From NCBI GenBank assembly GCA_030830565.1, contig JAURMR010000042.1, positions 34,072 to 98,071 on the forward strand: a stretch of DNA of 64,000 nt, written 5' to 3'. The stretch comes from Acidimicrobiales bacterium (GTDB lineage: Bacteria > Actinomycetota > Acidimicrobiia > Acidimicrobiales > Acidimicrobilacustridaceae). The notes beneath the pieces were generated by a model. That model did not search any database, was not told where the DNA came from, and saw only the letters and a program-made list of their open reading frames with translations. Both the position numbers and the translations under genes were made by a program. Of this stretch, positions 37,191-47,974 are shown in pieces; position 1 is the first letter of the stretch, and each line of letters opens with the position of its first letter.

Positions 37191-38525
37191 TTACCAAGCC
37201 GGGAGGTACCGATCGAGTTCGAACTGCGTGACCTGGGCCTTGTAATCGGTCCATTCCGCGCGCTTATTGCGCAGGAACCATTCGAAGATGTGTTCTCCAA
37301 GTGCTTCGGCAACGAGTTCAGAATTTTCCATGACATCGAGTGATTCCGAAAGCGATTGTGGAAGCGGTCGAATGCCTTCGGCCGCGCGCTGTTCGGGCGT
37401 GAGCTCAAACACGTTGGCTGCTGCTTCGGGAGGAAGTTCGTAGCCACCCTCGATGCCCTTGAGTCCTGCAGCGAGCATGACGGAGTAGGCGAGGTACGGG
37501 TTACACGCCGGATCGGGAGCGCGGTACTCGATACGTGTCGAGGACTGCTTGCCTCGCTTTGTGACCGGGACACGAACAAGCGATGACTGATTGTTGCGGG
37601 CCCATGTGATGTACACCGGTGCTTCGTACCCGGAGACCAAACGCTTGTAGGAGTTCACAAGTTGATTGGTGACTGCCGTGATTTCTGGCGCGTGATGCAA
37701 CAGGCCAGCGATGAAACCGCGTGCGACCTTCGACAAGCCAACGGGATCGCCCGGTTCGTGGAACGCGTTCTCGTCGCCTTCGAAAAGCGACATGTGCGTA
37801 TGCATGCCCGAACCCTGCACGCCGGCAAGTGGCTTCGGCATGAACGATGCAAACACACCCTGTTCCATCGCGATCTCTTTCACGATGAGGCGGAACGTCA
37901 TGATGTTGTCGGCCATCGTGAGTGCGTCGGTGTAGCGCAGATCGATTTCGTGTTGGCTTGGTGCATCTTCGTGGAACGAGTACTCAACCGGAATGCCCAT
38001 CGCTTCGAGAACAAGCAATGTGCGCGTGCGAAGATCGCTAGCGACGTCGGCAGTGGTGAGATCGAAGTACGAACCCGAGTCGAGTGGAACAAGTGGCTTC
38101 GAAGGATCGCCATCGGCGAAGTAAAAGAACTCCATCTCGGGTGCGGTCATGAACGAGAAGCCGCGATCGTGCGCCTTGTCGAGGTTGCGTTTGAGCACCT
38201 GGCGAGGATCGCCCTCGAACGGAGTGTTGTCGTGGTTGAGGATGTCACAGAACATGCGGCCGGAGATTTCCGAACCCTTGCCCCACGGGAGAATCTCGAA
38301 GGTGTTGGGATCGGGCTTGGCCAAGACATCGGATTCCTGGACGCGGCTGAACCCGTCGATCACCGAACCATCAAAGTGGAGACCCTCTTCGAAGGCGTTT
38401 TCGAGTTCGGCCGGTGAGATGGCCACGGACTTGAGCTGACCCAGCACGTCGGTGAACCAGAGACGGATGAGGCGAACCCCCCGCTCTTCGACGGTCCTGA
38501 GCACGTAATCCTGCTGACGTTCCAT
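37191..38525 (-). CDS. glnA2: Glutamine synthetase-family protein, actinobacterial GlnA2 type
   Basis: MERQQDYVLRTVEERGVRLIRLWFTDVLG, FDGS, MPKP, GSGMHTH, GYEAP; no adenylylation Tyr motif. Confidence 0.9.
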   Translation of the reverse strand: MERQQDYVLRTVEERGVRLIRLWFTDVLGQLKSVAISPAELENAFEEGLHFDGSVIDGFSRVQESDVLAKPDPNTFEILPWGKGSEISGRMFCDILNHDNTPFEGDPRQVLKRNLDKAHDRGFSFMTAPEMEFFYFADGDPSKPLVPLDSGSYFDLTTADVASDLRTRTLLVLEAMGIPVEYSFHEDAPSQHEIDLRYTDALTMADNIMTFRLIVKEIAMEQGVFASFMPKPLAGVQGSGMHTHMSLFEGDENAFHEPGDPVGLSKVARGFIAGLLHHAPEITAVTNQLVNSYKRLVSGYEAPVYITWARNNQSSLVRVPVTKRGKQSSTRIEYRAPDPACNPYLAYSVMLAAGLKGIEGGYELPPEAAANVFELTPEQRAAEGIRPLPQSLSESLDVMENSELVAEALGEHIFEWFLRNKRAEWTDYKAQVTQFELDRYLPAW

Positions 38526-38587
38526 GCCCCAAGTGTCCCACGCCCGGCACGCTGGCCCCAAGGCCGTTCTGTGCCCCCGGTCCCGAG

Positions 38588-38626
38588 TTCACGTTCCGTT
38601 CACAATTGGGCAACAGTTGAGAAAAC
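38588..38626 (+). promoter_or_regulatory. Putative GlnR boxes between glnA2 and glnA
   Basis: TTCAC-n6-TTCAC-n6-GCAAC-n6-GAAAAC, 11-bp periodic, resembling GTnAC-n6-GAAAC. Confidence 0.7.
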
Positions 38627-38740
38627 CGGGCCTGACACCATGGCCTTGTCACTCCTCGGGAGCCGTCTCGGCGTCGGGGGTAGTGTCCCCAACGATCAGC
38701 GCTCCGGATCCGACCGGATCGCACCCCCACAGGAGGAACC

Positions 38741-40165
38741 GTGCAGGAACGCACTCCCGAAGAAGTACTGAAGCTGGTGAAGGACGAAGGCTGCGAGTTC
38801 GTCGATCTCCGCTTCTCGGACCTGCCCGGCATCATGCAGCATGTGACCATTCCGGCTCATGTGCTGAGTGAAGACCACTTCACCGAAGGCCACGGTTTCG
38901 ACGGCTCATCGGTTCGTGGTTTCCAGGAGATCCAGGAATCGGACATGGTGCTCATCACCGATCCGAACACCGTGTACATGGACCCGTTCATGAAGCACAA
39001 GACGGCGGTTATCCACTGCTACGTGGCCGACCCCATCACGCATGAGAGCTACTCACGTGATCCGCGTTATGTCGCAACCAAGGCCGAGGCGTACCTCAAG
39101 ACCACTGGCATTGCCGACACCGCATTCTTTGGTCCCGAAGCCGAGTTCTTCGTATTCGACGATGTTCGTTTCGACACGCAGCCCAATGGCTCGTTCTACA
39201 TGGTCGACTCCGTCGAAGGTGAATGGAACTCCGGCACCGACGAAGGTCCGAACCTTGCCTACAAGCCCCGCACCAAGCAGGGTTACTTCCCCGTCCCGCC
39301 GATGGACCACTACCAGGACCTCCGCGGCGATATGACCCTCGCTCTTCATGGTGTTGGTATCGAAACCGAACTTCACCACCACGAGGTTGCCTCGGGTGGT
39401 CAGGGCGAAATTGGCATCAAGTTCAACACCCTTTTGAAGATGGCCGATCAGCTCATGACCTTCAAGTACGTCTTGAAGAACGTTGCATGGCAGGCCGGCA
39501 AGTCGCTTACCTTCATGCCGAAGCCGATCTTCCAGGACAACGGTTCAGGTATGCACACCCACCAGTCGCTCTGGAACGGCGGGGCTCCGTTGTTCTACGA
39601 CGAGGCTGGCTATGGCGGTCTTTCCGACATTGCCCGCTGGTACATCGGTGGTCTGCTCCACCACGCCGATGCCGTGATCGCATTCACCAACCCCACCACC
39701 AACTCGTTCAAGCGTTTGGTCCCGGGTTACGAAGCACCAGTGAACCTCGTCTACAGCCAGCGCAACCGTTCCGCTTCGGTTCGTATCCCGCTCGCATCGC
39801 AGAGCCCGAAGGCCAAGCGCATTGAGTTCCGTTGCCCCGACTCCACCAGCAACCCGTACCTCGCCTTCTCGGCGATGATGCTCGCTGGTCTCGACGGCAT
39901 CCAGAACCGCATCGAACCGCCGGCTCCCGTCGACAAGGACCTCTACGACCTTCCGCCGGAAGAACTGGCCAAGGTTCCTCAGGTTCCGGCGACACTCGAA
40001 GCCGCACTTGATGCACTCGAATCAGACAACGCGTTCCTCAAGGCCGGCGGTGTGTTCACCGACGATCTCATCGAAACGTGGGTCGAGTACAAGCGTAAGA
40101 ACGAGGTGGATGCGATCCGTTTGCGCCCGCATCCCTACGAGTTCTCGATGTACTACGACATCTGA
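38741..40165 (+). CDS. glnA: Glutamine synthetase type I-beta
   Basis: [18 protein letters not shown], adenylylation site KDLYDLP, RPHPYEF. Confidence 0.97.
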   Translation: MQERTPEEVLKLVKDEGCEFVDLRFSDLPGIMQHVTIPAHVLSEDHFTEGHGFDGSSVRGFQEIQESDMVLITDPNTVYMDPFMKHKTAVIHCYVADPITHESYSRDPRYVATKAEAYLKTTGIADTAFFGPEAEFFVFDDVRFDTQPNGSFYMVDSVEGEWNSGTDEGPNLAYKPRTKQGYFPVPPMDHYQDLRGDMTLALHGVGIETELHHHEVASGGQGEIGIKFNTLLKMADQLMTFKYVLKNVAWQAGKSLTFMPKPIFQDNGSGMHTHQSLWNGGAPLFYDEAGYGGLSDIARWYIGGLLHHADAVIAFTNPTTNSFKRLVPGYEAPVNLVYSQRNRSASVRIPLASQSPKAKRIEFRCPDSTSNPYLAFSAMMLAGLDGIQNRIEPPAPVDKDLYDLPPEELAKVPQVPATLEAALDALESDNAFLKAGGVFTDDLIETWVEYKRKNEVDAIRLRPHPYEFSMYYDI

Positions 40166-40231
40166 ACCTTCCGGTTCAGTGGCGCCGACTGGCGACGACA
40201 TCTGAGCAAAGTTTCACTGCATGAATCGAAC

Positions 40232-40260
40232 GAGGACCGGTCCACTGGGCCGGTCCTCTT
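40232..40260 (+). terminator. Intrinsic terminator after glnA
   Basis: GAGGACCGG...CCGGTCCTC-TT. Confidence 0.7.
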
Positions 40261-40288
40261 CGCGTGGAGCGACTCTGTACGGTAGAGA

Positions 40289-41299
40289 GTGATGTCACTT
40301 CAATCCGATCGGCGGATCGGCCCACTCCTCGGCGCTTGCCTCCTTGTACTTGCGGTCCTTAGCGCGGGTTGCGGGGCGTCGTCGACGGCTGATCGTGCGG
40401 CACAAGGTTCAGCTGTTGCATCGAGTGAAAGTTCTGCTTCTTCGAGTTCAACGACGACAACAACAATCGTTCCGTCGACTGCAGTGTCACCAACAACGGT
40501 TGCGCCTGAATCGGCGTCGACACGTGATCGCTTAGCGGTGCTGTCGATCGATGATCGGCCATCGCCGCAAGGTGTGTACCGGCGCGAAGAATGGCCGCAT
40601 TGGGCTGATATTGATGGAAACGGATGCGATGCGCGTCAAGACGCGTTGGTGGCGTGGTCGATTGTTCCTGCAACGGTGAATCGATCAGGCACTTGCAAGG
40701 TGGTCACCGGATCATGGGTGTCGCCGTATGACTTGAAGTCCTCAAACAACACGAGCGATTTCGATGTTGATCATCTCGTCCCATTGGCAAACGCCTTTCA
40801 GTCCGGTGGCTGGGCATGGAGCACTGAACGTCGTCGCGCTTTTGCCAACAATCCGAGTGAACTTGTCGTTGCGTCGTCGTCGTCGAACCGTTCGAAGGGT
40901 GCCGACTCTCCAGATCAGTGGCGGCCACCTAATCGCGACTCTTGGTGCGCGTATGCCGATGGGTGGGTGAAGGTGAAAAGCGTGTGGGGACTCACGGTCA
41001 CTACATCCGAACGCGATGCCCTTGGCCAGATGCTCGATACCTGCGGTATCGCCGGTCCGGTATGGCCGCTAGGAGGAACAGCAATGGCGACTCCCGAAGG
41101 GGCACCTCCTTCCGGGTCTGCCTCTGGAGCTGTTCCAGCTCCAACGCCGGCGGCTCCTGTTGCCCCCGCTCCGGGCGGCGACGTGTATTACGCCAACTGC
41201 GCTGCGGCTCGTGCTGCGGGCGCATCACCGATTCGTGCTGGGCAACCGGGGTATCGGACTGCACTCGATGGCGACAAAGACGGCGTCGCCTGCGAGTGA
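40289..41299 (+). CDS. Lipoprotein with DUF1524/HNH nuclease and C-terminal excalibur Ca-binding domain
   Basis: Lipobox LSAGC, S/T linker, DVDHLVPL, NRSKG, YYANC...LDGDKDGVACE. Confidence 0.87.
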   Translation: MMSLQSDRRIGPLLGACLLVLAVLSAGCGASSTADRAAQGSAVASSESSASSSSTTTTTIVPSTAVSPTTVAPESASTRDRLAVLSIDDRPSPQGVYRREEWPHWADIDGNGCDARQDALVAWSIVPATVNRSGTCKVVTGSWVSPYDLKSSNNTSDFDVDHLVPLANAFQSGGWAWSTERRRAFANNPSELVVASSSSNRSKGADSPDQWRPPNRDSWCAYADGWVKVKSVWGLTVTTSERDALGQMLDTCGIAGPVWPLGGTAMATPEGAPPSGSASGAVPAPTPAAPVAPAPGGDVYYANCAAARAAGASPIRAGQPGYRTALDGDKDGVACE

Positions 41300-41341
41300 C
41301 AGGCAGGGCGCTCGAGTGCGCTCGTCAGTAGGGTGCGCCGA

Positions 41342-41986
41342 ATGGAGCGCCTCGAACTCACCTCTGACGAACTGCTGACCACAACCCGAGCAGTGCGGAA
41401 GCGGCTGGATCTATCTCGACCCGTAGAGCGATCAGTAGTTGAAGAGTGCTTGCAAATCGCGTTGCAGGCACCGAATGGATCAAACCGTCAGACGTGGAAC
41501 TGGATCGTTGTTGATGATGCGGAGACCCGCGCTGCGATGGCCGATATCTGGCGAGGGGGAGCAGCTGATCTCGGTGCAGCCGCTGCGGCTGCAGCAGTTC
41601 CGGCGCGACCGCCTGCCGAACGACAGCCCGAGATCATGGAGTCGGTGTCGTGGTTGAACGAACATCTACACGAAGTCCCCGTTCTCGTTGTAGCAACTGT
41701 CGATGGACGTCCGGAAGGTTCGTCGATGTTCACACAAGCAACGATGTGGGGGTCAGTACTTCCTGCAGTGTGGAGTTTCATGCTGGCATTGCGGAGTCGA
41801 GCAATGGGGAGTTGCTGGACGACCGTACATCTTGAACGTGAACAGGCGATGGCCGAGTTACTCGGTATTCCGATTGAGGACGTCACGCAGGTGGGGATGT
41901 TCCCCGTTGCCTACACCGTGGGCACAGAGTTCAAGCCGGGCGCGCGCGAAGCTTCGGCCGACACCATTCGTTGGAATCGCTGGTAG
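41342..41986 (+). CDS. Nitroreductase-family protein
   Basis: TTRAVRKRLD, QAPNGSNRQ, GSCWTTVHL. Confidence 0.9.
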   Translation: MERLELTSDELLTTTRAVRKRLDLSRPVERSVVEECLQIALQAPNGSNRQTWNWIVVDDAETRAAMADIWRGGAADLGAAAAAAAVPARPPAERQPEIMESVSWLNEHLHEVPVLVVATVDGRPEGSSMFTQATMWGSVLPAVWSFMLALRSRAMGSCWTTVHLEREQAMAELLGIPIEDVTQVGMFPVAYTVGTEFKPGAREASADTIRWNRW

Positions 41987-43411
41987 TTACGCCTCGTGTG
42001 CGAGTAACTGACGGACCTGCGATTCAACTGCAGTGCCATTGAAGAAGTCGGGGTTCGTTCCCGTGAACAGTCGAGCGACGTTTCCGAACATGAAGTCGCT
42101 GAACTGATCGCGAGTCACGAGATTGTCTTCGATAAGTTCCCACGCTTCGGGGAGCACGCCGGTGAAGTCAGGAACATCCCAGTGGCCGATATCGGAAGCA
42201 AACATTGCACGGAGACGCGAACCATCGGGATTGATGTCTTCGTTGAATGCGAGTGCATTCATCGGGTCGTCGGCCTCGCAACCAAAGAAGCACTGTTCGG
42301 TGAAAATCTTGACGATATCGGCCTTCGATGTAATGCCGCTTTGCTTCCATTCGTCGATCGTGTCGAGGTCTTCGTTCGGATCAGAAAGAAACGCAAGTGT
42401 TTCATCGAGTCGATCGGCGCGATCGGTAAACAGTGCGTCGCCGTGCTCTGCCAAAAGTGATTCGAGAAGTGCTCGGTCGAGATTCGCAGGGTTGTAATGG
42501 TCAATATCATCTTTGTTGCGCTTTTCGAAATGTCCGCAAATGTCGGAGAGCAGATTGCAACCCCAAGCGACCCCACCTTCGAGGAAGGCAAAGCGCAGTT
42601 CGGGGAACCGTGACATCACGCCACCAAAGAACAATGAACGCAATACGGCTTCGGTGCCTGCCGCGAAGTTGCCAATGTGGTTCGCCACGTAATTGGTCGG
42701 CGAAACGCGACTGCCGAAACCGATGCCGGTGGAATGGAACGTGGGCGAAACCTTGAGTTCAGCGCACTTCTGCCACAAGGGGTCGTAGTCGTACATGCTG
42801 TCGAGTCCGAGGCCATCGACCCATCGAGCCGAACGATCACCTTCGTGGCCTGGCGCGTAACGAAGAACAAGACCACCGAAAAGGAAGCCGCGGAGCCCAA
42901 GTTCTTTCGTCGCATACTCGAGCTCAGCAATTGCTTCATCGGGGTCGTAGGTGGGAATGACTCCAACGGGAAGAAGTCGATCTGAGTATTTGTCGTAGGC
43001 CTCTGCGTAATACCGATTACAGGCACGAGCGAGGGAACGACGGAGTTCGGGGTTATCGATCGCCATCGTGCTGAGGCCCACTGTGGGATAAAGGACCGCA
43101 ACATCGATACCGATCTCGTCGAGCCGGTCGTACAGCAAACGCGGGAGCATCGCCGTCGCTCGATCAAGAGTGTTGCGAGTCGGAACGCCCCACCATCCGG
43201 TGCGGTACATGCCGTTGCTTCGGCGTTGATTGTTTGTGAGCCCCCGCCTTGCGGTGGCCGCAGCGGTACTCATCGATTGAAACGTGTCCGCCAGTGCGGA
43301 ACCTGCCTCGGCAGCAATCAGGTCGCGAAGAGCGGGTATGAATTCGATGATGTGTCCATCGGCATCAATGACGGGATGGTCAAGTTCTTCGCGAATAGCC
43401 GCTGCGTCCAT
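41987..43411 (-). CDS. Amidohydrolase-family protein
   Basis: IDADGH, FH, LEGG, FASDIGHWD. Confidence 0.88.
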   Translation of the reverse strand: MDAAAIREELDHPVIDADGHIIEFIPALRDLIAAEAGSALADTFQSMSTAAATARRGLTNNQRRSNGMYRTGWWGVPTRNTLDRATAMLPRLLYDRLDEIGIDVAVLYPTVGLSTMAIDNPELRRSLARACNRYYAEAYDKYSDRLLPVGVIPTYDPDEAIAELEYATKELGLRGFLFGGLVLRYAPGHEGDRSARWVDGLGLDSMYDYDPLWQKCAELKVSPTFHSTGIGFGSRVSPTNYVANHIGNFAAGTEAVLRSLFFGGVMSRFPELRFAFLEGGVAWGCNLLSDICGHFEKRNKDDIDHYNPANLDRALLESLLAEHGDALFTDRADRLDETLAFLSDPNEDLDTIDEWKQSGITSKADIVKIFTEQCFFGCEADDPMNALAFNEDINPDGSRLRAMFASDIGHWDVPDFTGVLPEAWELIEDNLVTRDQFSDFMFGNVARLFTGTNPDFFNGTAVESQVRQLLAHEA

Positions 43412-43462
43412 GGGACACCTCCTGAGATGTGCGTCCCATAATGGCCCAAAGTGAGGGCCCCG

Positions 43463-46189
43463 TTACCCTTTCGACGGCAATCCGTAGAAGACGCGTTCGA
43501 CAACCGAGCGAGATCGTCGAGTGACCCGTCGGTAGTGCTCGCGCAGTGCGCCCGGTTCTGTACCCAGGGAACGTGCGAGCCACAACGCGGACTCGGGTTG
43601 TGTTGGCATCGAATCACTTGGCGCGCTGTTCACGAGGAACCACCGGTTGCGTACTCGCTCACAAAACTCGTACGCCTCACTCAGAATTGCGGCGTCTTCG
43701 GGGTCTATCACGTCGCCTTGTGCGAGGGCTCGGAGACTGTCGATGGTTCCTGTGGCTTTTACGTCGTACTGAAGCTGCAGCATCTGCACGGTGAATTCGA
43801 TATCGGAAAGAGAGCCGCGGCCGAGTTTGAGATGGAAGTCGGGGTCTTCGCCCATGGGGATGCGTTCAGCTTCGATTCGGGCCTTCATTCGTCGAATCTC
43901 GCGAATGCCTTCGGCAGAAAGTCCTGGACCCCAAACCCACGGTTCAAGTTCGTCAAGAAGTTCATCACCAAGTGCGCGGTCCCCGGCAACGACTCGCGCG
44001 CGGGTCATAGCCTGTCGCTCCCACGTGAGCGCGTGCTCTCGCCAATAGATGGCATAGGAATCGACACTTCGCGAAAGGGGACCGTTCTTTCCCTCGGGAC
44101 GAAGGTCGCAGTCGATTTCGTAGAGGCGAGAGGCTGGCGTCGATCCGGAGACCATTCTCATGAGTGATTGCGCAAGACGTCGAGCTTCATCGATGTCATC
44201 CGCGCTTGAGCCTTGATGAACGAAGATGACATCAAGGTCGCTGCCGTACGCGAGTTCCGCCGCGCCGAATCTCCCGAGACCGATGACGGCAAACGGAATC
44301 TGTGGCTTCAGACTTCGAAGTGCAGACTCAAGCGTTGCTTCGGCCAGAGTGGTGAGATCGTTTCCAACGCGTTCAATGTCGGCGTGATCGAAAAGATCGC
44401 GAGCAGCAATTCCCAGCAGATTTCGTTGCTGCCAACGCCGCAATGACGCTTGCTGTTCAGTGGTGCCGTCACGCATTTCCATCGACGCTGTCGCTGTGGC
44501 GACAAGGCCATCGAAATCTTTCGTCGTTAGATGTTCGGGCAACGGGAGTCGAGCAACAAGATCAGGGTTCGCGGCGATGATGTCGCCGAGCAGGCGACTG
44601 GTTCCGGCAATCGTGCATAACGATTGCGCGGCGGCTGGTGACTCACGGAAGGTCTCCGCGATCTGACGCGATTGGCGCGGGCCGGTCAGCAGGTTGCGAA
44701 GAAGGAGAAGGCCGAGATCCGGGTCCGGAGAAAGTGAGAGCCAATCAAGCAAGAGCGGAAGCATTTGCTGCATCAGGCGACTTGAACGATTGAGCCCCCG
44801 AGTGAGTTCACCAAGCGCAGCGGCGGTACGACGGGCATCAACGAAACCGAATGCAGTGAGTCGCACTTCAGTCGCTTCTGCACTTATTGAAGATTCATCA
44901 CTCGGAGTTGCAGCAAAGGCTTCAAGTAGCGGTCGGAAATACACGCGTTCGTGAATTCCACGAACGGTTGTCTGAATGAGGTGGAGTTCTCGTTCAAGTT
45001 GTTCGGCTGCAGTGCCTCGGGGTTCATCGCGTCGACCCATCACCCGCGCGAGGTGATCAAGCGAAACGGCATCTGTGGGAAGCGTGTGTACCTGTTGCTC
45101 ATCGACAAGTTGGAGCCGATGCTCAACTGTTCGTAGCTCACGATAGGACGACGCCATTTTTTCGGCGTCGTTGTCGTCGATGTAGCCCGCGCTTGCCATT
45201 TCATCGAGCATCGTGAGCGTGGTTGCTCCCCGAAGATCGGGATCAAGGTGCCCATGCACGAGCTGCAGTAGCTGCACAGTGAACTCAATGTCTCGGATGC
45301 CGCCGGGACCGCGTTTGAGTTCACGATTCCCAAGACCTTTGCGCGCGACTTCTGCCTCAGTACGGGCTTTCATCGCTCGAAGTGATCGCAACGCTTCGGC
45401 ATCGAATGGACGAGCCCATAACGATCGTTGTGCGGCTTCGAGCCAACGTTCACCGAGGGCGATGTCCCCAGCCACAGGTCGAGCCTTGAGAAGTGCTTGG
45501 AACTCCCAAGGTTCAGCCCAACGTTCCCAATAGGCCTCATAGGACTCGACGGTCCGGACAAGTGGGCCATCGCGTCCTTCGGGGCGGAGGTTGGCATCGA
45601 CGCGGAAACACCGTCGAGCGATGTCCATGATCGCCCGAGCTCTTCGATCAAGAGATTGGCGGGGGCCTTCACCAACAAACAGAACGTCGATATCGCTTGA
45701 GTAGTTGAGTTCATCGCCGCCCAACTTGCCCATGCCGATGACCGCGATCGCCGTTTCGTCATCTGCAGTCAATTGCCAAGCCGATTCAAGGACGTCGCGA
45801 CCCAGCGCCGCCAGGTTGGCTCCAACATCATCGAGGGTGTCGGTTCCGATGAGGTCGCGGGCGGCGATTCTGAGGAACTCAAGGTTGCGCCAGGAAACGA
45901 GTTCCTCGACGGAGGTGGTTGAAGGTTTGGCTCGTTGGTTCGGGGAGGAGAGAACGGCGAGGCATGCGTCGGGTCTGGCTTCGATGAGGCGAGTCAGCGA
46001 TCGACTGGCAGCGAGAACCGCGACAAGGGAATGGGCGAGTGCTGGATCATCATTTGCGGCTTTGATTGCGTTAGGAGAGGTCTCGCTCAGGCGGACAAGG
46101 CCCACGCGGACGGCAGTCGGCGCAGCACTTTGGTCTGCAAGATCAAGGAGTCCGTCCGGAAGGGGGGCCGCATCACCATGTGTTGCCAC
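43463..46189 (-). CDS. glnE: Glutamine synthetase adenylyltransferase / adenylyl-removing enzyme
   Basis: GMGKLGGDELNYSSDID, LRPEG twice, GGIRDIEF, GRFG..ELAYGSDLD; start placed at GTG 46189 to avoid overlap with nadE. Confidence 0.95.
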   Translation of the reverse strand: MATHGDAAPLPDGLLDLADQSAAPTAVRVGLVRLSETSPNAIKAANDDPALAHSLVAVLAASRSLTRLIEARPDACLAVLSSPNQRAKPSTTSVEELVSWRNLEFLRIAARDLIGTDTLDDVGANLAALGRDVLESAWQLTADDETAIAVIGMGKLGGDELNYSSDIDVLFVGEGPRQSLDRRARAIMDIARRCFRVDANLRPEGRDGPLVRTVESYEAYWERWAEPWEFQALLKARPVAGDIALGERWLEAAQRSLWARPFDAEALRSLRAMKARTEAEVARKGLGNRELKRGPGGIRDIEFTVQLLQLVHGHLDPDLRGATTLTMLDEMASAGYIDDNDAEKMASSYRELRTVEHRLQLVDEQQVHTLPTDAVSLDHLARVMGRRDEPRGTAAEQLERELHLIQTTVRGIHERVYFRPLLEAFAATPSDESSISAEATEVRLTAFGFVDARRTAAALGELTRGLNRSSRLMQQMLPLLLDWLSLSPDPDLGLLLLRNLLTGPRQSRQIAETFRESPAAAQSLCTIAGTSRLLGDIIAANPDLVARLPLPEHLTTKDFDGLVATATASMEMRDGTTEQQASLRRWQQRNLLGIAARDLFDHADIERVGNDLTTLAEATLESALRSLKPQIPFAVIGLGRFGAAELAYGSDLDVIFVHQGSSADDIDEARRLAQSLMRMVSGSTPASRLYEIDCDLRPEGKNGPLSRSVDSYAIYWREHALTWERQAMTRARVVAGDRALGDELLDELEPWVWGPGLSAEGIREIRRMKARIEAERIPMGEDPDFHLKLGRGSLSDIEFTVQMLQLQYDVKATGTIDSLRALAQGDVIDPEDAAILSEAYEFCERVRNRWFLVNSAPSDSMPTQPESALWLARSLGTEPGALREHYRRVTRRSRSVVERVFYGLPSKG

Positions 46190-46234
46190 AACTTGGAGGC
46201 TATTGCGTCCCACGCGGGCCCGTAGTCTGCGGGG

Positions 46235-47944
46235 GTGCCCAGCCTGCGTGTCGGTCTTGCTCAACTAAATACGGTCGTCGGTGATATCGACGGAAATGCC
46301 TCGCGCATCATCGACGTCATGGCTCAAGCGATGGCGGCAGGCTGCGACATTGTTGCATTCCCTGAGTTGGCTATTACCGGTTACCCACCTGAAGACCTTC
46401 TCCTTCGATCTGGGTTTGTTGATGATGTGCGCGTTGCGCTTGATCGAATCGTCGCCGCCTCGGGCCGGTGCACGACCGTCGTGGGATTCGTTGAGCAGAG
46501 TTCGGAATCTCGTGAGGCCGAGGCTGACCACGGCGAAGTCACTCGTTCGGCAGTGCCTGCCGGTCGGCCAGTTCTGTTCAATGCCGCTGCAGTGATTTCA
46601 AATGGTTCGCTTGAAGGCGTGTACCGAAAGCGTGAACTTCCGAATTACTCAGTGTTCGATGAAGCGCGGTATTTCGCTCCGGGCGATGGCCCTGTTCCGA
46701 CGTTCAACGTCAATGGTGTCCGTTTCGGCGTATCGATTTGCGAGGATGCATGGACCGAAGGCGGCCCAATCGCAGAACTCGGCAGTCAGAACGCACAGCT
46801 CGTCGTCAACATCAATGCATCACCTTTTAATGTCGGTAAATCACAGGAGCGTGCTGCGGTTGTAGCGGAACGTGCTCGCGAGGCTTCCGCAGTGATTGCG
46901 TATGTGAATCAGGTTGGCGGCCAAGACGAACTCGTCTTCGACGGCGACTCAATGGTTATGGCAGCAGACGGATCACTGTTGGCTCGAGCCCCTCGCTTTG
47001 TGGAGGATCTTTTCCTCGTCGACATTGAGGTCGGGCAGGCATCGGCGATCGCTGACCGACCCAAGATTCAGCAGACAGGCATAGCGAAAACGCTCTCCGA
47101 AGAGGCCGAAGTCTGGGATGCGCTTGTTCTCGCAACTCGTGATTTTGTCGCAAAGAATCGATTCGCTGATGTCGTCATCGGTTTGTCAGGTGGCATTGAT
47201 TCGGCTCTTGTCGCTGCGATCGCCGTCGACGCGGTTGGTGCCGAACACGTTCACGGCGTGCTCATGCCGTCAAGGTATTCAAGTGACCACTCGATTTCCG
47301 ATGCTGTCGCATTGGCAGACAACTTGGGCGTCGACTACCGAACGATTGCGATTGAACCTGGACACGCTGCATTGATGGAAATGCTCGCGTCGTCGTACAA
47401 GGGTCAATCGATTGGATTAGCGGAAGAGAATCTGCAAAGTCGACTTCGTGCTGTCACGTTGATGGGTCTGTCCAATGCGTTTGGGTGGTTGTTGCTCAAC
47501 ACTGGCAATAAGAGCGAATCTTCGGTTGGCTACTCAACGTTGTACGGCGATTCGGCTGGTGGTTATGCCGTCATCAAAGATGTCTCGAAGTTGTTGGTGT
47601 ATCGACTTTGCCGGTATCGCAATGAACTCGCGGGCCGTGAACTCATTCCCGAGAACGTGTTGGTGAAACCGCCATCAGCGGAGTTGCGCCCTGACCAGCG
47701 CGATGACCAAAGCCTCCCTCCCTACGAAGAACTTGATCCGATCTTGGCGATGTACGTCGAAGGCGATCACTCAATTGAAGAAATCATTGCGGCAGGTCAC
47801 GATCCTGCGGTTGTGCAGCGAATTGTTGGTCTTGTTGATTTGGCCGAATACAAACGTCGTCAGTCGCCGCCAGGGCCACGCGTGACGTCGAAAGCATTTG
47901 GCAAAGACCGTCGCCTTCCGATCGTCAATCGATATCGCCGATAG
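46235..47944 (+). CDS. nadE: Glutamine-dependent NAD+ synthetase
   Basis: FPELAITGYPPEDL, ICED, GLSGGIDS, PSAELRPDQ. Confidence 0.96.
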   Translation: MPSLRVGLAQLNTVVGDIDGNASRIIDVMAQAMAAGCDIVAFPELAITGYPPEDLLLRSGFVDDVRVALDRIVAASGRCTTVVGFVEQSSESREAEADHGEVTRSAVPAGRPVLFNAAAVISNGSLEGVYRKRELPNYSVFDEARYFAPGDGPVPTFNVNGVRFGVSICEDAWTEGGPIAELGSQNAQLVVNINASPFNVGKSQERAAVVAERAREASAVIAYVNQVGGQDELVFDGDSMVMAADGSLLARAPRFVEDLFLVDIEVGQASAIADRPKIQQTGIAKTLSEEAEVWDALVLATRDFVAKNRFADVVIGLSGGIDSALVAAIAVDAVGAEHVHGVLMPSRYSSDHSISDAVALADNLGVDYRTIAIEPGHAALMEMLASSYKGQSIGLAEENLQSRLRAVTLMGLSNAFGWLLLNTGNKSESSVGYSTLYGDSAGGYAVIKDVSKLLVYRLCRYRNELAGRELIPENVLVKPPSAELRPDQRDDQSLPPYEELDPILAMYVEGDHSIEEIIAAGHDPAVVQRIVGLVDLAEYKRRQSPPGPRVTSKAFGKDRRLPIVNRYRR

Positions 47945-47974
47945 CCGCATCTCGTCTTCCCCTAACCTGCCGGT

